In this document: positions 28,951 through 40,543 of the stretch, one piece after another
Numbering within the stretch: the stretch's first letter is position 1
Layout of the letters: each line of letters starts with the position of its first letter
Assembly: GCA_951406725.2 (NCBI GenBank)
Contig: OX597817.1
Span: 8,184,001 to 8,248,000 of the forward strand
DNA from: Octopus vulgaris
Taxonomy: Eukaryota
Direction of reading: 5' to 3'
DNA: 64,000 nucleotides
The notes under the pieces: model-generated
The model's input: only the letters and a program-made list of their open reading frames with translations
Database searches by the model: none
Told to the model about the DNA's origin: nothing
Position numbers and translations under genes: made by a program

Positions 28951-29267
28951 CCTTTAGTATTCAACCCGACCATACCTGGCCCAAACATTCTGCCTGTTTT
29001 ATGTTAGAACTGACCAGATCCAACCTCTCGCACCTACCCGACAATGTCATTTTAAAAATAAACTCTTTTACTCTTTTACTTGTTTCAATCAATTGACTGC
29101 GGCCATGCTGGAGCACCGCCTTCAGTCGAACAAATCGACCCCAAGACTTATTCTTTGTAAGCCTAGTACTTATTCTATCGGTCTCTTTTGCCGAACCGCT
29201 AAGTTACGGGGACGTAAACACACCAGCATCGGTTGTCAAGCGATGTTGGGGGGACAAAAACACACAA

Positions 29268-29325
<58 letters not shown>

Positions 29326-29587
29326 GACAGGCTTCTTTCACTTTCCTTCTACCAAATCCACTCACAAGGCTTTGGTCAGACCGAGGCTATAGTAGAAGAT
29401 ACTTGCCCAAGGTGCCACGCAGTGGGACTGAACCCAGAACCATATGTGGTTGGTGAGCAAGCTACTTACCACACAAACACTCCTGTGCCATTGAAAGTTC
29501 GATGCTTTGAAATAATGCCCTATTAATTCAAAACATTGTGGATAAATAAGCAATGCATTTGAGAAAGAAATCTGAATGCTTAAAGGG
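28951..29587. mobile_element. piggyBac-like MITE interrupted by a SINE
   Basis: CCCTTTAGTATTC ... GAATGCTTAAAGGG|TTAA; same family as 41935-42154. Confidence 0.6.
29063..29488 (-). mobile_element. tRNA-derived SINE, family A
   Basis: Full head GGCACAGGAGTG..TGTGGTAAGTAGCTTGC...GTTCAGTCCCAC plus tail; nested in the MITE. Confidence 0.9.
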
Positions 29588-29782
29588 TTAAAACATCACT
29601 AGAAGAGGCAGAAAGAGAAGATACAGCTAGATGAATTGCAAGTGTTTGAAAAGTAGTATTATAATCCTTGCAATGGTGTAAGCTCTTGGTAAACCAAGTC
29701 TACATTGAGGTTTCAATTCACAAGTGAATTCATCTTGCAGCATCGATGCTTGTGGAAAATGCGCAAATATAATCTTAACACT

Positions 29783-30100
29783 CATCATCATCATCATCAT
29801 CATCATCGTTTAACGTCCGTTTTCCATGCTAGCATGGGTTGGACGGTTCAACTGGGGTCTATGAAGCCAGGGGCTGCACCAGGCTCCAGTCTGATCTGGC
29901 AGTGTTTCTACAGCTGGATGCCCTTCCTAACGCCAACCACTCCGCGAGTGTAGTGGGTGCTTTATACGTGCCACCGGCACAGGTGCCAGGGAAGTCTGGC
30001 ATCGGCCACGATCGGTTGGTGCTTTTAACGTGCCACCGGCATGGAAGCCAGCCAAGGCGGCGCTGGCATCGGCCACGTTCGGATGGTGCCTTTTATGCCA
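29783..30100 (-). mobile_element. SINE family C with RTE-like 3' end and (GAT)n tail
   Basis: Minus strand GGCGTTAGGAAGGGCATCCAGCTGTAGAAAC...CCAACCCATGCTAGCATGGAAAACGGACGTTAAACGATGATG. Other copies at 37457-37810, 38002-38150 and 39011-39308; tail only at 28779-28822. Confidence 0.8.
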
Positions 30101-30344
30101 AGGTATAAAATGTACCTATTGCATCTGATACCAGGTTTGATAATTGATAGCATTCAGAGGTTTTTTCTTTTACACACACACACACATACACATACACACA
30201 TATATGTAATATATAACCATTCAAGGATGCACTCTGGGAAGATCACCTGCAACAAACTCAATCAATAACCAACTCCAGCCATAAAGCAACAACAAAATAG
30301 ACAGAAAATGAATTAAGATGGTGCTCCAGCATGGCCATAGTCCT

Positions 30345-30584
30345 TTAACTGGGCCCAGTTTCCCTGTTTCTATGGTGTATGTGTTCCCCAGCTGGATGGG
30401 ACACCAGTCCATCGCAGCGTTACCCATTTTTGCCAGCTGAGTAGATTGGAGCATATATATATATATATATGTAATGTGGAGACGCATAGCTTAGTGGTTA
30501 GGGTGTCAGCATCATGATCGTAAGATTGTGGTTTCGATTCCCGGACTGGGCGATGCGTTGTGTTCTTGAGCAAAACACTTCATT
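30345..30584. mobile_element. SINE family D with inverted 5' half
   Basis: Tail part on minus strand (30345-30452), then (TA)n, then head on plus strand (30476-30584); compare the intact copy at 55630-55887. Confidence 0.75.
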
Positions 30585-30863
30585 AGACAGGTCCATTATC
30601 ACCGATAGTTTATGCAATGATTTATAATGTTTCAGTAGGGGTCCCTTTTATGTTTATGATTATTTAGATAGGCAGTTGAACAGTTGAGGACCTCTAAATA
30701 TCATGCTGCTTCAATAGAATGTTTTTGCTCATGATTTCGAAGTGGTGTATTTGGAAGCCAACGGCATCCACCAGTTTGTACATTTTGTGCTTTAAAATTC
30801 CCTCTAATGCTGATGTTTGGAATATACTCCCACAGGATTTTCCATACATATATCAAAATATAT

Positions 30864-31094
30864 ATTTCTTTACTACCCACAAGGGGCTAAACACAGAGGG
30901 GACAAACAAGGACAGACAAAGGGATTAAGTCGACTACATCGACCCCAGTGCGTAACTGGTACTTAATTTATCGACCCCGAAAGGATGAAAGGCAAAGTCG
31001 ACCTCAGCGGAATTTGAACTCGGAACGTAATGACAGATGAAATACGGCTACGAATTTCACCCGGCGTGCTAACGTTTCTACCAGCTCACCGCCT
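30864..31094 (-). mobile_element. SINE family B with 15-bp TSD
   Basis: TSD TATATCAAAATATAT at 30849-30863 and 31095-31109. Confidence 0.9.
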
Positions 31095-33464
31095 TATATC
31101 AAAATATATCTTCTCTTTGGTGCGTGAGAGAGTAAAGATGCAAAGCTTTCAGATATTTCCAGTAATTAAGGTTTTTAAATGAAGTCATTTTACTGATGAA
31201 TGATCTTTGCAGTCATTCAATCTCTTCTATGAGAACTGATGCATTTGGAGATCAAAGCTGTGAGCAGTAATCTAATCTACTCAGAGCTAAGGTTTTCCAT
31301 ATATAAATTCTTTTCCTCATGGACTTTAAAATTAGACAGTGCAGGCTGAGATTCTATGACTCATATCCTCCCTTGCAAAATCTTCTTTGCAGTCATATAT
31401 ATATATAAGGGACATATAAAGTAAATATCTGAGCGACAAGTTTAGTTACTAAGATCTCTAACTACAGACCATGTGAAAGATAGTAGCCTCTTCTTAGTGT
31501 CACACATGTAAAAGCCTATGGTAGCACATAGATGGTCACTCACCCTGATAAAGGATACATTCGACAATGTAGTCCTAGATGCACTACATCTGAAAAACAG
31601 AAGATGAGATGACTGGTACATCTTTGGTGGTAGGTCTGCTTAGTTAGTGCTGCCTTGATGTGCTGGGACTCTTAGGGCTGGTTGCCTGGTTGGTTTCCAT
31701 GGAGTATAAGAGACCAAGATCACCACATTCCTCCCTGCATGAGATGCCAGTTTATTGCTGGTTACTCATTTACAGTTAAGTGGGCTGTAGCAACATGATA
31801 TGAAATATTTTGCTCAAGAAAACAATATACTGCCTGGTCTGACAATTGGAACTTACAATCTTGTGATCATGAGTGTGACACTATTGTCACTAGGTCATAC
31901 ACTTTCACCATTTAGTGCTGACCTGTGGCTAAATACAATGATCACTTAATGAAATAATGTATCCCAGAATTCCTATCTTATCTTAGATAAGAACCTGTCT
32001 CCTTTTATTTCTGATTTATTTTCTTTAGTCATCAGCTTTTTCAGGGTCTATAAAACCAGCATCCTCAGCACCATCAAGGCCAAAGGGGCTACTGGTTTCT
32101 CCCTGAATGCCTGAGTATAACTCACCAGTGCTAGTATACTGGGTACTCTTCCTCAGTACATCTATGTTATGTTGCAAGCACCATATGTGACATTAATTAC
32201 CATAGATGGGCTCCATAAAATTAGGGTTTATAAGGCAGGGTTTCAGCTGGTACATCACTCCAAGGTTTATGAATATCTGATGACTCTTCTGTGAAAATGA
32301 ATAAAGAAAAAAAGACCTCATAACTCCTTTAAATTTTAGTACCTGTCTTCCCTTGGAGGCATGAAAGAAGTGTTGGGCAACAGATTAAATCTAACACCCA
32401 AGAACTAAGAATGCAAGGAACCAGGACAGATACTACAAGAAACCTCAGTTGACACTCTAATAATTTGGCCAGTCCACTTCTCTGGATCGGTATTTTGCTT
32501 TATTGATTCTACCCACCCGCGACCAAAAAATATCAAAAATTGAACCCCAGCAAGGTTTGAACTCAGATCACAGAAACCCAGAACAAATATGGCAAGGCAA
32601 GTTGCAATTTACTAAGCTTTCAAATCACTTAGTAACAAGCTGTGTCTATTACAGAATTGGCAGAACAGCTTTCTACAGCAAAGAGCAGGAGCACTGTAAA
32701 ATTAATGAGTGTTCTGATAGCTTACACTGAACGGTTTAACTCAGAGGAAAGAGAAAAAAGACTCTGATAGCCTTATTTACAGTGAATAATCTACAGCAAG
32801 ACAAATAGTTTAGTGAAGCCCCTAAAACTTAAAGGGGTGATATATGGTCTTTTGTATGACCTCATACCTTGTGCAAGACAGACTGATGTCCTGTTCAGTT
32901 GGGGAATCCTGTTGCACTTTCAGCTTAATCATCTAAAAATTTGATCAAGTTCTAGTTTCATTAGTCAGCTGGTTCAAAGCAGGATAAATAAATGATTATA
33001 TATATATATAAAAAAAACACAACAACAAAAAGTACTCCACCATCCTTGAGGTTTTATTTCTATCATCAATTAAGTGGTGAAATGAGAGGATATAAATATG
33101 GTCGGAAGAAGTCACAATGTTAGTCATGTGATATAACCATGTGACTATTTAGATGAGGCAAATACTTTAAGGTGCTCAGCTAACATGTTACAGGTCCTTC
33201 ATTTTGTCTCTGAGTTAAGTATTATTTCTTACACATATCTGTAGGACCTCATTTTTGTAGTGACAGGAAATGATTTTGTTATATGACAATCATGTGTTTT
33301 TGGCTATTGTTGTTGTTGTTTTCGTTTTCTTCTTACAAATACAACATCAAAGTGATAGATGACATGAAGATCAGATAGTGAGACAGGAATTTGTTATGAT
33401 CCCTCATTCCAGTAAGAGCATATATGAAGCAGTTAATAAGTATATGCTCTAATACATTCAATAT

Positions 33465-33624
33465 AGGCGCAAGAGTGGCTGTGTGGTAAGTAGCTTGCTT
33501 ACCAACCACATGGTTCCAGGTTCAGACCCATTGGTGGAACCTTGGGCAAATGTTTTCTACTATAGCCTCGGGCTTACCAAAGCCTTGTGAGTGGATTTGG
33601 TAGATGGAAACTGAAAGTAGCCCG

Positions 33625-33707
<83 letters not shown>

Positions 33708-33920
33708 TGTTTATGTGTCTGTGTTTGTCCCCCCAACATCGCTTGACAACGGATGCTGGTGTGTTTATGTCCCCGACACTTAGTGGTTCCGCAAAAGGGA
33801 CCAATAGAGTAAGTACTAGGCTTACAAAGAATAAGTCCTGGGGTTGATTTGCTCGACTAAAGACGGTGCTCCAGCATGGCCGCAGTCAAATGACTGAAAC
33901 GAATAAAGGAATAAAAGAAA
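33465..33920 (+). mobile_element. tRNA-derived SINE, family A
   Basis: AGGCGCAAGAGTGGCTGTGTGGTAAG (A box) ... GGTTCAGACCC (B box), internal (TA)n(TG)n, family tail. Confidence 0.9.
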
Positions 33921-34290
33921 AAAAGAATAAGGAGATCAAAGGCTCCCACACTCTACTTTGCCTACCATCTTTCCAGGGTCCAATAAAACATGTAACAATT
34001 AAACGAGATGGGAGAAAATTTAAACATCTATACTCCTCCAACAAAATCAATACTCTTTGCCCCTATATTGGTTCCAAATTTTGGCACAAGACCAGTAATT
34101 TCGAGGAAGGGGCTAAGTTGATTTCATCGACACTGGTGCTCGACTGATACTTATTTTATCGACCCTGAAAAGGATAAAAAGAAAAGTCAACCTCAGCAGA
34201 ATTTGAACTTAGAACGTGAAGGCAGATGAAATACTGTTAAGCATTTAACCCATCAGCTCCTTGCCCTTAGCTCTATATTAAATACCAATA

Positions 34291-34892
34291 GGGCGGCGAG
34301 CTGGCAGAACCGTTAGCATGCCGGGTGAAATGCGTAGCCGTATTTCGTCTGCCGTTATGTTCTGAGTTCAAATTCCGCCGAGGTCGACTTTGCCTTTCAT
34401 CCTTTTGGGGTCGATAAATTAAGTACCAGTTACGCACTGGGGTCGATGTAATCGTCTTAATCCGTTTGTTTGTCCTTGTTTGTCCCCTCTATGTTTAGCC
34501 CCTTGTGGGTAGTAAAGAAATAGGTATTTCGTCTGCCGTTACGTTCTGAGTTCAAATTCCGCCGAGGTCGACTTTGCTTTTCATCCTTTCGGGGGTCGAT
34601 AAATTAAGTACCAGTTAAGCACTGGGGTCGATGTAATCGTCTTAATCCATTTGTTTGTCCTTGTTTGTCCCCTCTATGTTTAGCCCCTTGTGGGTAGTAA
34701 AGAAATAGGTATTTCGTCTGCCGCTACGTTCTGAGTTCAAATTCCGCCGAGGTCGACTTTGCTTTTCATCCTTTCAGGGGTCGATAAATTAAGTACCAGT
34801 TAAGCACTGGGGTCGATGTAATCGTCTTAATCCGTTTGTTTGTCCTTGTTTGTCCCCTCTATGTTTAGCCCCTTGTGGGTAGTAAAGAAATA
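34291..34892 (+). mobile_element. SINE family B trimer (one head plus three tandem ~184-bp bodies) in a single 17-bp TSD
   Basis: TATTTCGTCTGCCG recurs at 34341, 34525 and 34710; TSD TATATTAAATACCAATA at 34274-34290 and 34893-34909. Confidence 0.92.
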
Positions 34893-35351
34893 TATATTAA
34901 ATACCAATACATTACATACATTTACCTTAAAGTTTCTTCCTGAGATACGAGAATTCATAACTTGCCTTAGAGTTAAGTGGTCTTCTTTCTTCCACTTTCT
35001 TCTCTTTTCTGTCTTCTCTTTTTACACAGTCATTATTACACCGTTGCTTGAACAATTTCTGTTGTTGTTTTTTAAGCATCAATACCAGCTCAGTATGTAC
35101 CGTGCTGCTTTTATGAAAAAAAGCAAGATCTCTGATGACTGACATAACAACTGTAATGATTAACAGCATCAGTGGCTGCTGCTGCTGCTATTATTACTTA
35201 TGGTGAAATCATTACTGCGTGTTGGTGACATAGCTTTGTTATTTGTTATTTCAAGCGGATGGTGACATATCATTTTATATTCTGTCATAGTATTTTCTAG
35301 AATTTCCTCCTCCACCCCTGCATTAATTCGGCAAGATATGAATATGTAGAA

Positions 35352-35391
35352 GTGTGTGTACGTGCGCGTGTGCATGTGTGTGTGTGTGTGA

Positions 35392-35440
<49 letters not shown>

Positions 35441-35566
35441 TGAGTGTGTGTATGTGTATGTGTGTGTGTGTGTGTGTGTGTATGTGTGTGAGTGTGTGTG
35501 TGTGTGTATGTGTGTGTGAGTGTGTGTGTGTTTGTGTATGTGTGTGAGTGTGTGTGTGTTTGTGTA

Positions 35567-35598
<32 letters not shown>

Positions 35599-35685
35599 TG
35601 TGTGTGTGAGTGTGTGTGTATGAGTGTGTGTGTGTGAGTGTGTGTGTGTGTGTGAGTGTGTGTGTGTGTGTGTGTTTGTGTATGT

Positions 35686-35726
<41 letters not shown>

Positions 35727-35935
35727 TGTGTGTATGAGTGTGTGTGTGTATTTGTGTATGTGTGTGAGTGTGTGTGTGTTTGTGTATGTGCGTGTGAGTG
35801 TGTGTGTGTTTGTGTATGTGTGTGAGTGTGTGTGTGAGTGTATGTGTGAGTGTGTGTGTTTGTGTATGTGTGTGAGTGTGTGTGTCAGTGTATGTGTGTG
35901 TGAGTGTGTGTGTTTGTGTATGTGTGTGAGTGTGT

Positions 35936-36014
<79 letters not shown>

Positions 36015-36035
36015 TGTTTGTTTGTGTGTGTGTGG
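35352..36035. repeat. ~680-bp imperfect (GT)n microsatellite
   Basis: Directly visible; another (GT)n at 36154-36250. Confidence 0.97.
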
Positions 36036-36153
36036 TTTGAATATCTGCAAACTGTTCTAAATAGCTAAGGTTCCATTTTAGTATCTATGCTGAATTCGAC
36101 AGAACCATATGAATGGTTCTAGAGACAAGATTTTAGAACTACAGCTATTGAAA

Positions 36154-36234
<81 letters not shown>

Positions 36235-36318
36235 ATGTGTGTGTGTGTGCATGTGGGCATGTATGCACAAACATGGATATACATTTACTTATATATTCTT
36301 GTTTGTGAGTGTACATAT

Positions 36319-36355
<37 letters not shown>

Positions 36356-36399
36356 TGTATACATTTAAATACATGTAGATATTTTTTTAATTATTTTTT

Positions 36400-36755
36400 T
36401 TTTATTTATCTAGTTGCAGCTCACGAGCTGTGGCCATGCTGGGGCACTGCCATTTGGTTTTACTACATGATTTTACCTCACGAATGCTTTTTAGCAACTG
36501 CCATTTGGTGCATGAGAGAGTTCGATGCAGCTGCCCTCATCTGCACCTCCTGCCGTGAAGTTGGTTCATCTGGGACACCTGACAAGAAGAGATCCAGTTT
36601 CATTTTAAAGACATCTGCATCCACCCCATGCAGGTCTCTTAGGTTCTTCGGGAGGATATTGAAGAGCTGTGGGCCTCGGAAGCCCAGGCTATCACAGTAT
36701 CTTGTCCTACATCTTGATGGCAAATTTGGAGTCCTTGGCACTATGCAGTGGCATA
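36400..36755 (-). mobile_element. CR1/L2-group LINE, 3' end (ORF2 C-terminus plus 3' UTR)
   Basis: DSLGFRGPQLFNILPKNLRDL...FKMKLDLFLSGVPDEP...AASNSL is a typical CR1-group ORF2 C-terminus; tail CCCCAGCATGGCCACAGCTCGTGAGCTG. Confidence 0.8.
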
Positions 36756-36955
36756 CTTATAATATATATGCATACTTATAATATCTGTATATTTATGTGG
36801 ATATATAAGAATATGTATGCATACACACACAACACACACACACACACACATATATATACATATATATTGTTGTATTTCGGGATGGTCACTTTATTTATTT
36901 ATATATTTATTTATTTTCCTTTGCGGAATAAACACACGCACTATATATACATGTA

Positions 36956-37436
36956 TTTTTTTTCTTCACTCATTTATTACTGTTCTTATTTTTTAATTTT
37001 AACTCATGTCCATCGTCCAGAAATCCTTCGTCACACATCTGTGACCTCTTCAGCGACACTTTTTGTTTCCGTGCGTGTTCTTGCTCCACTTACTCCATAC
37101 AGTTCTTCTAAGATGTGTATCCTTATGTGCACACGAATTGAATAGTATGTGTGCATGAACACATCCCTAATGTCTTTGGTCATGTGGTGTGGTGTGGTGT
37201 GGTGGTGGGTGTTACTGTTCTATTGAAGCACATTCATTCATGCGCACATACTGTTCCATTTTATCCCCCTAAGAATACACATCTTGGAAGAACAGAATGG
37301 AGTAAGTGGAGCAAGGGCGCACATAGAAACAAAAGGTGTCACTGAAGAGGTCACAGATGTGTGACAAAAGATTTTCGGACAATGGACATAAGTTAAAATA
37401 AAAAAAGAAAAACAGTAATAAACAAGTGAAGAAAAA
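36956..37436. mobile_element. (TA)n-flanked fold-back element with degenerate hammerhead core in each ~170-bp arm
   Basis: Inverted arms ~36956-37125 and ~37269-37436. Right arm reads CTGAAGA-G-GTCAC-agatgt-GTGAC-AAAA; left arm (minus) has the same with GAAG. Confidence 0.65.
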
Positions 37437-37456
37437 TTTATATATATATATATATA

Positions 37457-37805
37457 TCATCATCATCATCATCATCATCATCATCGTTTAACGTCCGTTT
37501 TCCGCGCTAGCACGGGTTGGACGGTTCGACCAGGGTCTGGGAAGCAAGGGGCTGCACCAGGCTCCAGTCTGATCTGGCAGTGTTTCTACAGCTGGATGCC
37601 CTTCCTAACGCCAACCACTCCACGAGTGTAGTGGGTGACTTTTACATGCCACCGGCACAGGTGCCAGGGGAGTCTGGCATCTGCCACGATTGGATTAGTA
37701 CTTTTAACGTGCCACCAGTCAAGGCAGCGCTGGCATCGGCTACGTTCGGATGGTGCTTTTTATGTGCCACCGGCACAGAAGCCAGTCAAGGCGGTTCTGG
37801 CATCG

Positions 37806-37810
<5 letters not shown>
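37457..37810 (-). mobile_element. SINE family C
   Basis: (CAT)n tail and family body as at 29783. Confidence 0.8.
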
Positions 37811-37845
<35 letters not shown>

Positions 37846-37923
37846 GTGTGTGTGTTTATTTGGCAAAAAATAAAAATAATTGAAAAAATAAAAAATAAAA
37901 TAATAAATAAAATGACCATCCTG

Positions 37924-37970
37924 AGATACAACGATATCTGTTTCAATCTATGATTTCACATCAGGAATCT
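37924..37970 (-). ncRNA. degenerate minimal hammerhead-like motif in (TA)n-flanked insert 37843-37990
   Basis: AGAUUC CUGAUGU GA AAUC aua GAUU GAAAC agauauc GUU GUAUCU; the core deviates at A9 and stem I has one mismatch. Confidence 0.45.
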
Positions 37971-38151
37971 TGCAAAACAAATTGATAAATGTATATATAT
38001 ATGGCGTTAGGAAGGGCATCCAGCCGTAGAAACACTGCCAGATCAGACTGGGTCTGATGCAGCCTTCTGGCTTCACAGACCCCAGTTGAACCGTCCAACC
38101 CATGCTAGCATGGAAAGCGGACGCTAAATGATGATGATGATGATGATGATA

Positions 38152-38555
38152 TAGGCGTAGGAGTGGCTGTGTGGTAAGTAGCTTGCTTACGAACCATATG
38201 GATCCAGGTTCACTCCCACTGCGTGACAACCTTGGGCAAGTGTCTTCTACAATAGCCTCGGGCCGACCAAAGCCTTGTGAGTGGATTTGGTGGACGGAGG
38301 CTGAGGGAGGCCCGTCGTATATATGTATATATATATATGTATGTGTATATGTTTGTGTGTCTGTGTTTGTCCCCACAACATCGCTTAACAACCGATACTG
38401 GTGTATTTACGTCCCCGTAACTTAGCGGTTTGGCAAAAGAGACCGATAGAATAAGTACTAGGCTTACAAAGAATGAGCCCTGTGGTCGATTTGCTCGACT
38501 AAAGGCGGTGCTCCAGCATGGCCACAGTCAAATGACTGAAACAAATAAAAGATTA
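38152..38555 (+). mobile_element. tRNA-derived SINE, family A (directly after the family-C tail at 38002-38150)
   Basis: Family head, body and tail. Confidence 0.88.
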
Positions 38556-38566
38556 GAAAGATTAAG

Positions 38567-38615
<49 letters not shown>

Positions 38616-38620
<5 letters not shown>

Positions 38621-38688
38621 ATCAAACATTTTCATTGAGTTAGAAAACAGAGAGATCTGATGGATCTAAATCAATTTATTAATTAATC

Positions 38689-38729
<41 letters not shown>

Positions 38730-38838
38730 CAATATCTGTTGTTCTAAAATTTTGGTGAATATGTTGATTAATTAATAAATTCATTTGTATTCATTTGATT
38801 TCTCTGTTTTCTAAATCAATGAAAATGTTTGATATTTT
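38616..38838. repeat. imperfect inverted repeat (~75-bp arms) next to (TA)n
   Basis: AAAGTATCAAACATTTTCATTGA...TTAATTAATCAA versus TTGATTAATTAA...TCAATGAAAATGTTTGATATTTT. Confidence 0.85.
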
Positions 38839-39010
38839 ACAACATCCTATAGAATATATTCATTGAAGAATTCTCTTTTCAGTATTTAATATATTAAATC
38901 AGTGTGTCTTGTATGAATATCTTTATAGGAGGTGTAAGTATCCTCATTGTGACTATATTTATATGATATATATATATGTGTGTGTGCGTGTATATGTACG
39001 TATATATATA

Positions 39011-39308
39011 TCATCATCATCATCATCATCATTTAGCGTCCGCTTTCCATGCTAGCATGGGTTGGACGGTTCCACTGGGGTCTGGGAAGCCAGAAGGCTG
39101 CACCAGGCCCAGTCTGATCTGGCAGTGTTTCTACGGCTGGATACCCTTCCTAATGCCAACCACTCTGTGAGTGTAGTGGGTGCTTTTTACGTGCCAGACG
39201 AGGCTGGCAAACGGCCATGATCGGATGGTGCCTTTTACATACCACCGGCACGGGGGCCAGGCGAGGCTGGCAACAGCCACGAATGGATGGTGCTTTTTAC
39301 GTGCCACA
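39011..39308 (-). mobile_element. SINE family C
   Basis: (CAT)n tail and family body. Confidence 0.8.
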
Positions 39309-39405
39309 TATATATATATATATATATTTTCAAAATGTGATCTCGTGTGTACCGTTGGCAATTTTTTCCTCTGTCTTCCCTTCTCTGGATCTTTCCTTCT
39401 CCTAT

Positions 39406-39440
39406 GTTTCCGACAAAGAGCTCCACTCGAAACGTAAAAC
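39406..39440 (+). ncRNA. degenerate minimal (Penelope-type) hammerhead in (TA)n-flanked insert 39327-39540
   Basis: GUUU CCGACAA A GAG cucca CUC GAAAC GUA AAAC. Stems I and II and the zero-loop stem III are intact; there are two core transitions relative to CUGACGA. Confidence 0.55.
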
Positions 39441-39538
39441 CTTCCTTCTTCCTGTCCTTCCTGAGCATCCAATAATACTATATTTGTTCCACATCCTCGC
39501 GTTGTTGTTTTTTTGTGTTTTCTTGTTTGGATTAACTT

Positions 39539-39588
<50 letters not shown>

Positions 39589-39614
39589 AATATGTATTTT
39601 TATTTTATAGAAGG

Positions 39615-39665
39615 AACTTCTACAGGACTAGAACTGTTTCATTCAGATGAAATCCTCAGGAAGCT
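39615..39665 (-). ncRNA. type I hammerhead ribozyme (left arm of 204-bp palindrome)
   Basis: AGCUUC CUGAGGA U UUC aucu GAA U GAAA CAG uucuaguc CUG UA^ GAAGUU. Confidence 0.7.
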
Positions 39666-39735
39666 GGCTGTCAAAATAAGTTCTGGTATTTATGCATGCC
39701 TAAATGCATAAATACCAGAACTTATTTTGACAGCC

Positions 39736-39786
39736 AGCTTCCTGAAGATTTCATCTAAATGAAACAGTTCTAGTCCTGTAGAAGCT
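39736..39786 (+). ncRNA. type I hammerhead ribozyme (right arm of 204-bp palindrome)
   Basis: AGCUUC CUGAAGA UUUCAUCUAAAU GAAA CAG uucuaguc CUG UA^ GAAGCU. Stem I 6 bp, stem III 4 bp, weak stem II. Confidence 0.65.
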
Positions 39787-39868
39787 CCTTCTATAAAATA
39801 AATTACTTTACTCTGCGATGTATTGAGTACCTTATTTACTGTGGTTAACCCCGACTCAACCCGGGACC

Positions 39869-39902
<34 letters not shown>

Positions 39903-39904
39903 AG

Positions 39905-40053
39905 TTGTAAGGGGTGCAAATGAGGGTAGCTACATCAAACTCCATTCTTCACCAAGTGCCACATATTAGAGGAGGCTCTCAGTAATAATAGTGTAGCAAA
40001 TCGGCGGCGCATCAGCATGGCCGCAGCTCTGAGCTGAAACTAGAGAGAAAAAA

Positions 40054-40056
<3 letters not shown>
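39905..40056 (+). mobile_element. CR1-group LINE extreme 3' end; 50-bp tails of the same family at ~52790-52841 and ~59937-59986 (minus)
   Basis: Encodes VQMRVATSNSILHQV...* (compare VQMRAAASNSLMHQM at 36478); tail GGCGGCGCATCAGCATGGCCGCAGCTCTGAGCTGAAACTAGAG-polyA. Confidence 0.75.
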
Positions 40057-40106
<50 letters not shown>

Positions 40107-40109
<3 letters not shown>

Positions 40110-40407
40110 AATAATAAAAGGGTAAAATTAATTAATTATTAATTAATTTTACCAAGTAGTGTTCAGTATGTAAAAAGACCATTTACGGTATATTTAAAAC
40201 ATTACGTTATATAATTAGGGTTCAGTAAAAAAATTTACTTTACCACACACCGAACTTTTAGAAATAGCAGCCAAAAAGTTTTAGCTATTTCTTCTGGGAG
40301 ACTTTTCTTATAGTAGAAGAAATAGCTAAAACTTTTTGGCTTCTATTTCTAAAAGTTCGGTGTGTGGTAAAGTAAATTTTTTTACTGAACCCTAATTATA
40401 TAATGTA
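40107..40407 (-). mobile_element. (TA)n-flanked structured element ending in a fold-back with 93-bp arms (40203-40407)
   Basis: Arms 40203-40295 and 40315-40407 with 2 mismatches; architecture shared with 47113-47366. Confidence 0.7.
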
Positions 40408-40497
40408 TATATATATATATATATATACATTATATAATTATATACATTATATATACATTATATAATGTATACATATAGATATATGAATATATATGCT

Positions 40498-40543
<46 letters not shown>

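Noticed and set aside
34341-34892. CRISPR-like or satellite periodicity (also 61781-62080 and 18508-18560)
   Set aside because: There are no unique spacers; these are tandem SINE bodies, Helitron internal repeats and a local 18-20 bp triplication in eukaryotic DNA.
35169-36060. Long HT/CV/YI-repeat ORFs (also at 7.2-7.7, 48-49.7, 54.2-55.1 and 58.7-61.4 kb)
   Set aside because: Translations of di- and tetranucleotide microsatellites.
40210-40290. Pistol- or twister-like words (TTAGGG/CCCTAA, AAATAG)
   Set aside because: The required P1/pseudoknot spacing and GUCCCAAG-type core are absent; the CCCTAA partner comes from the fold-back copy.
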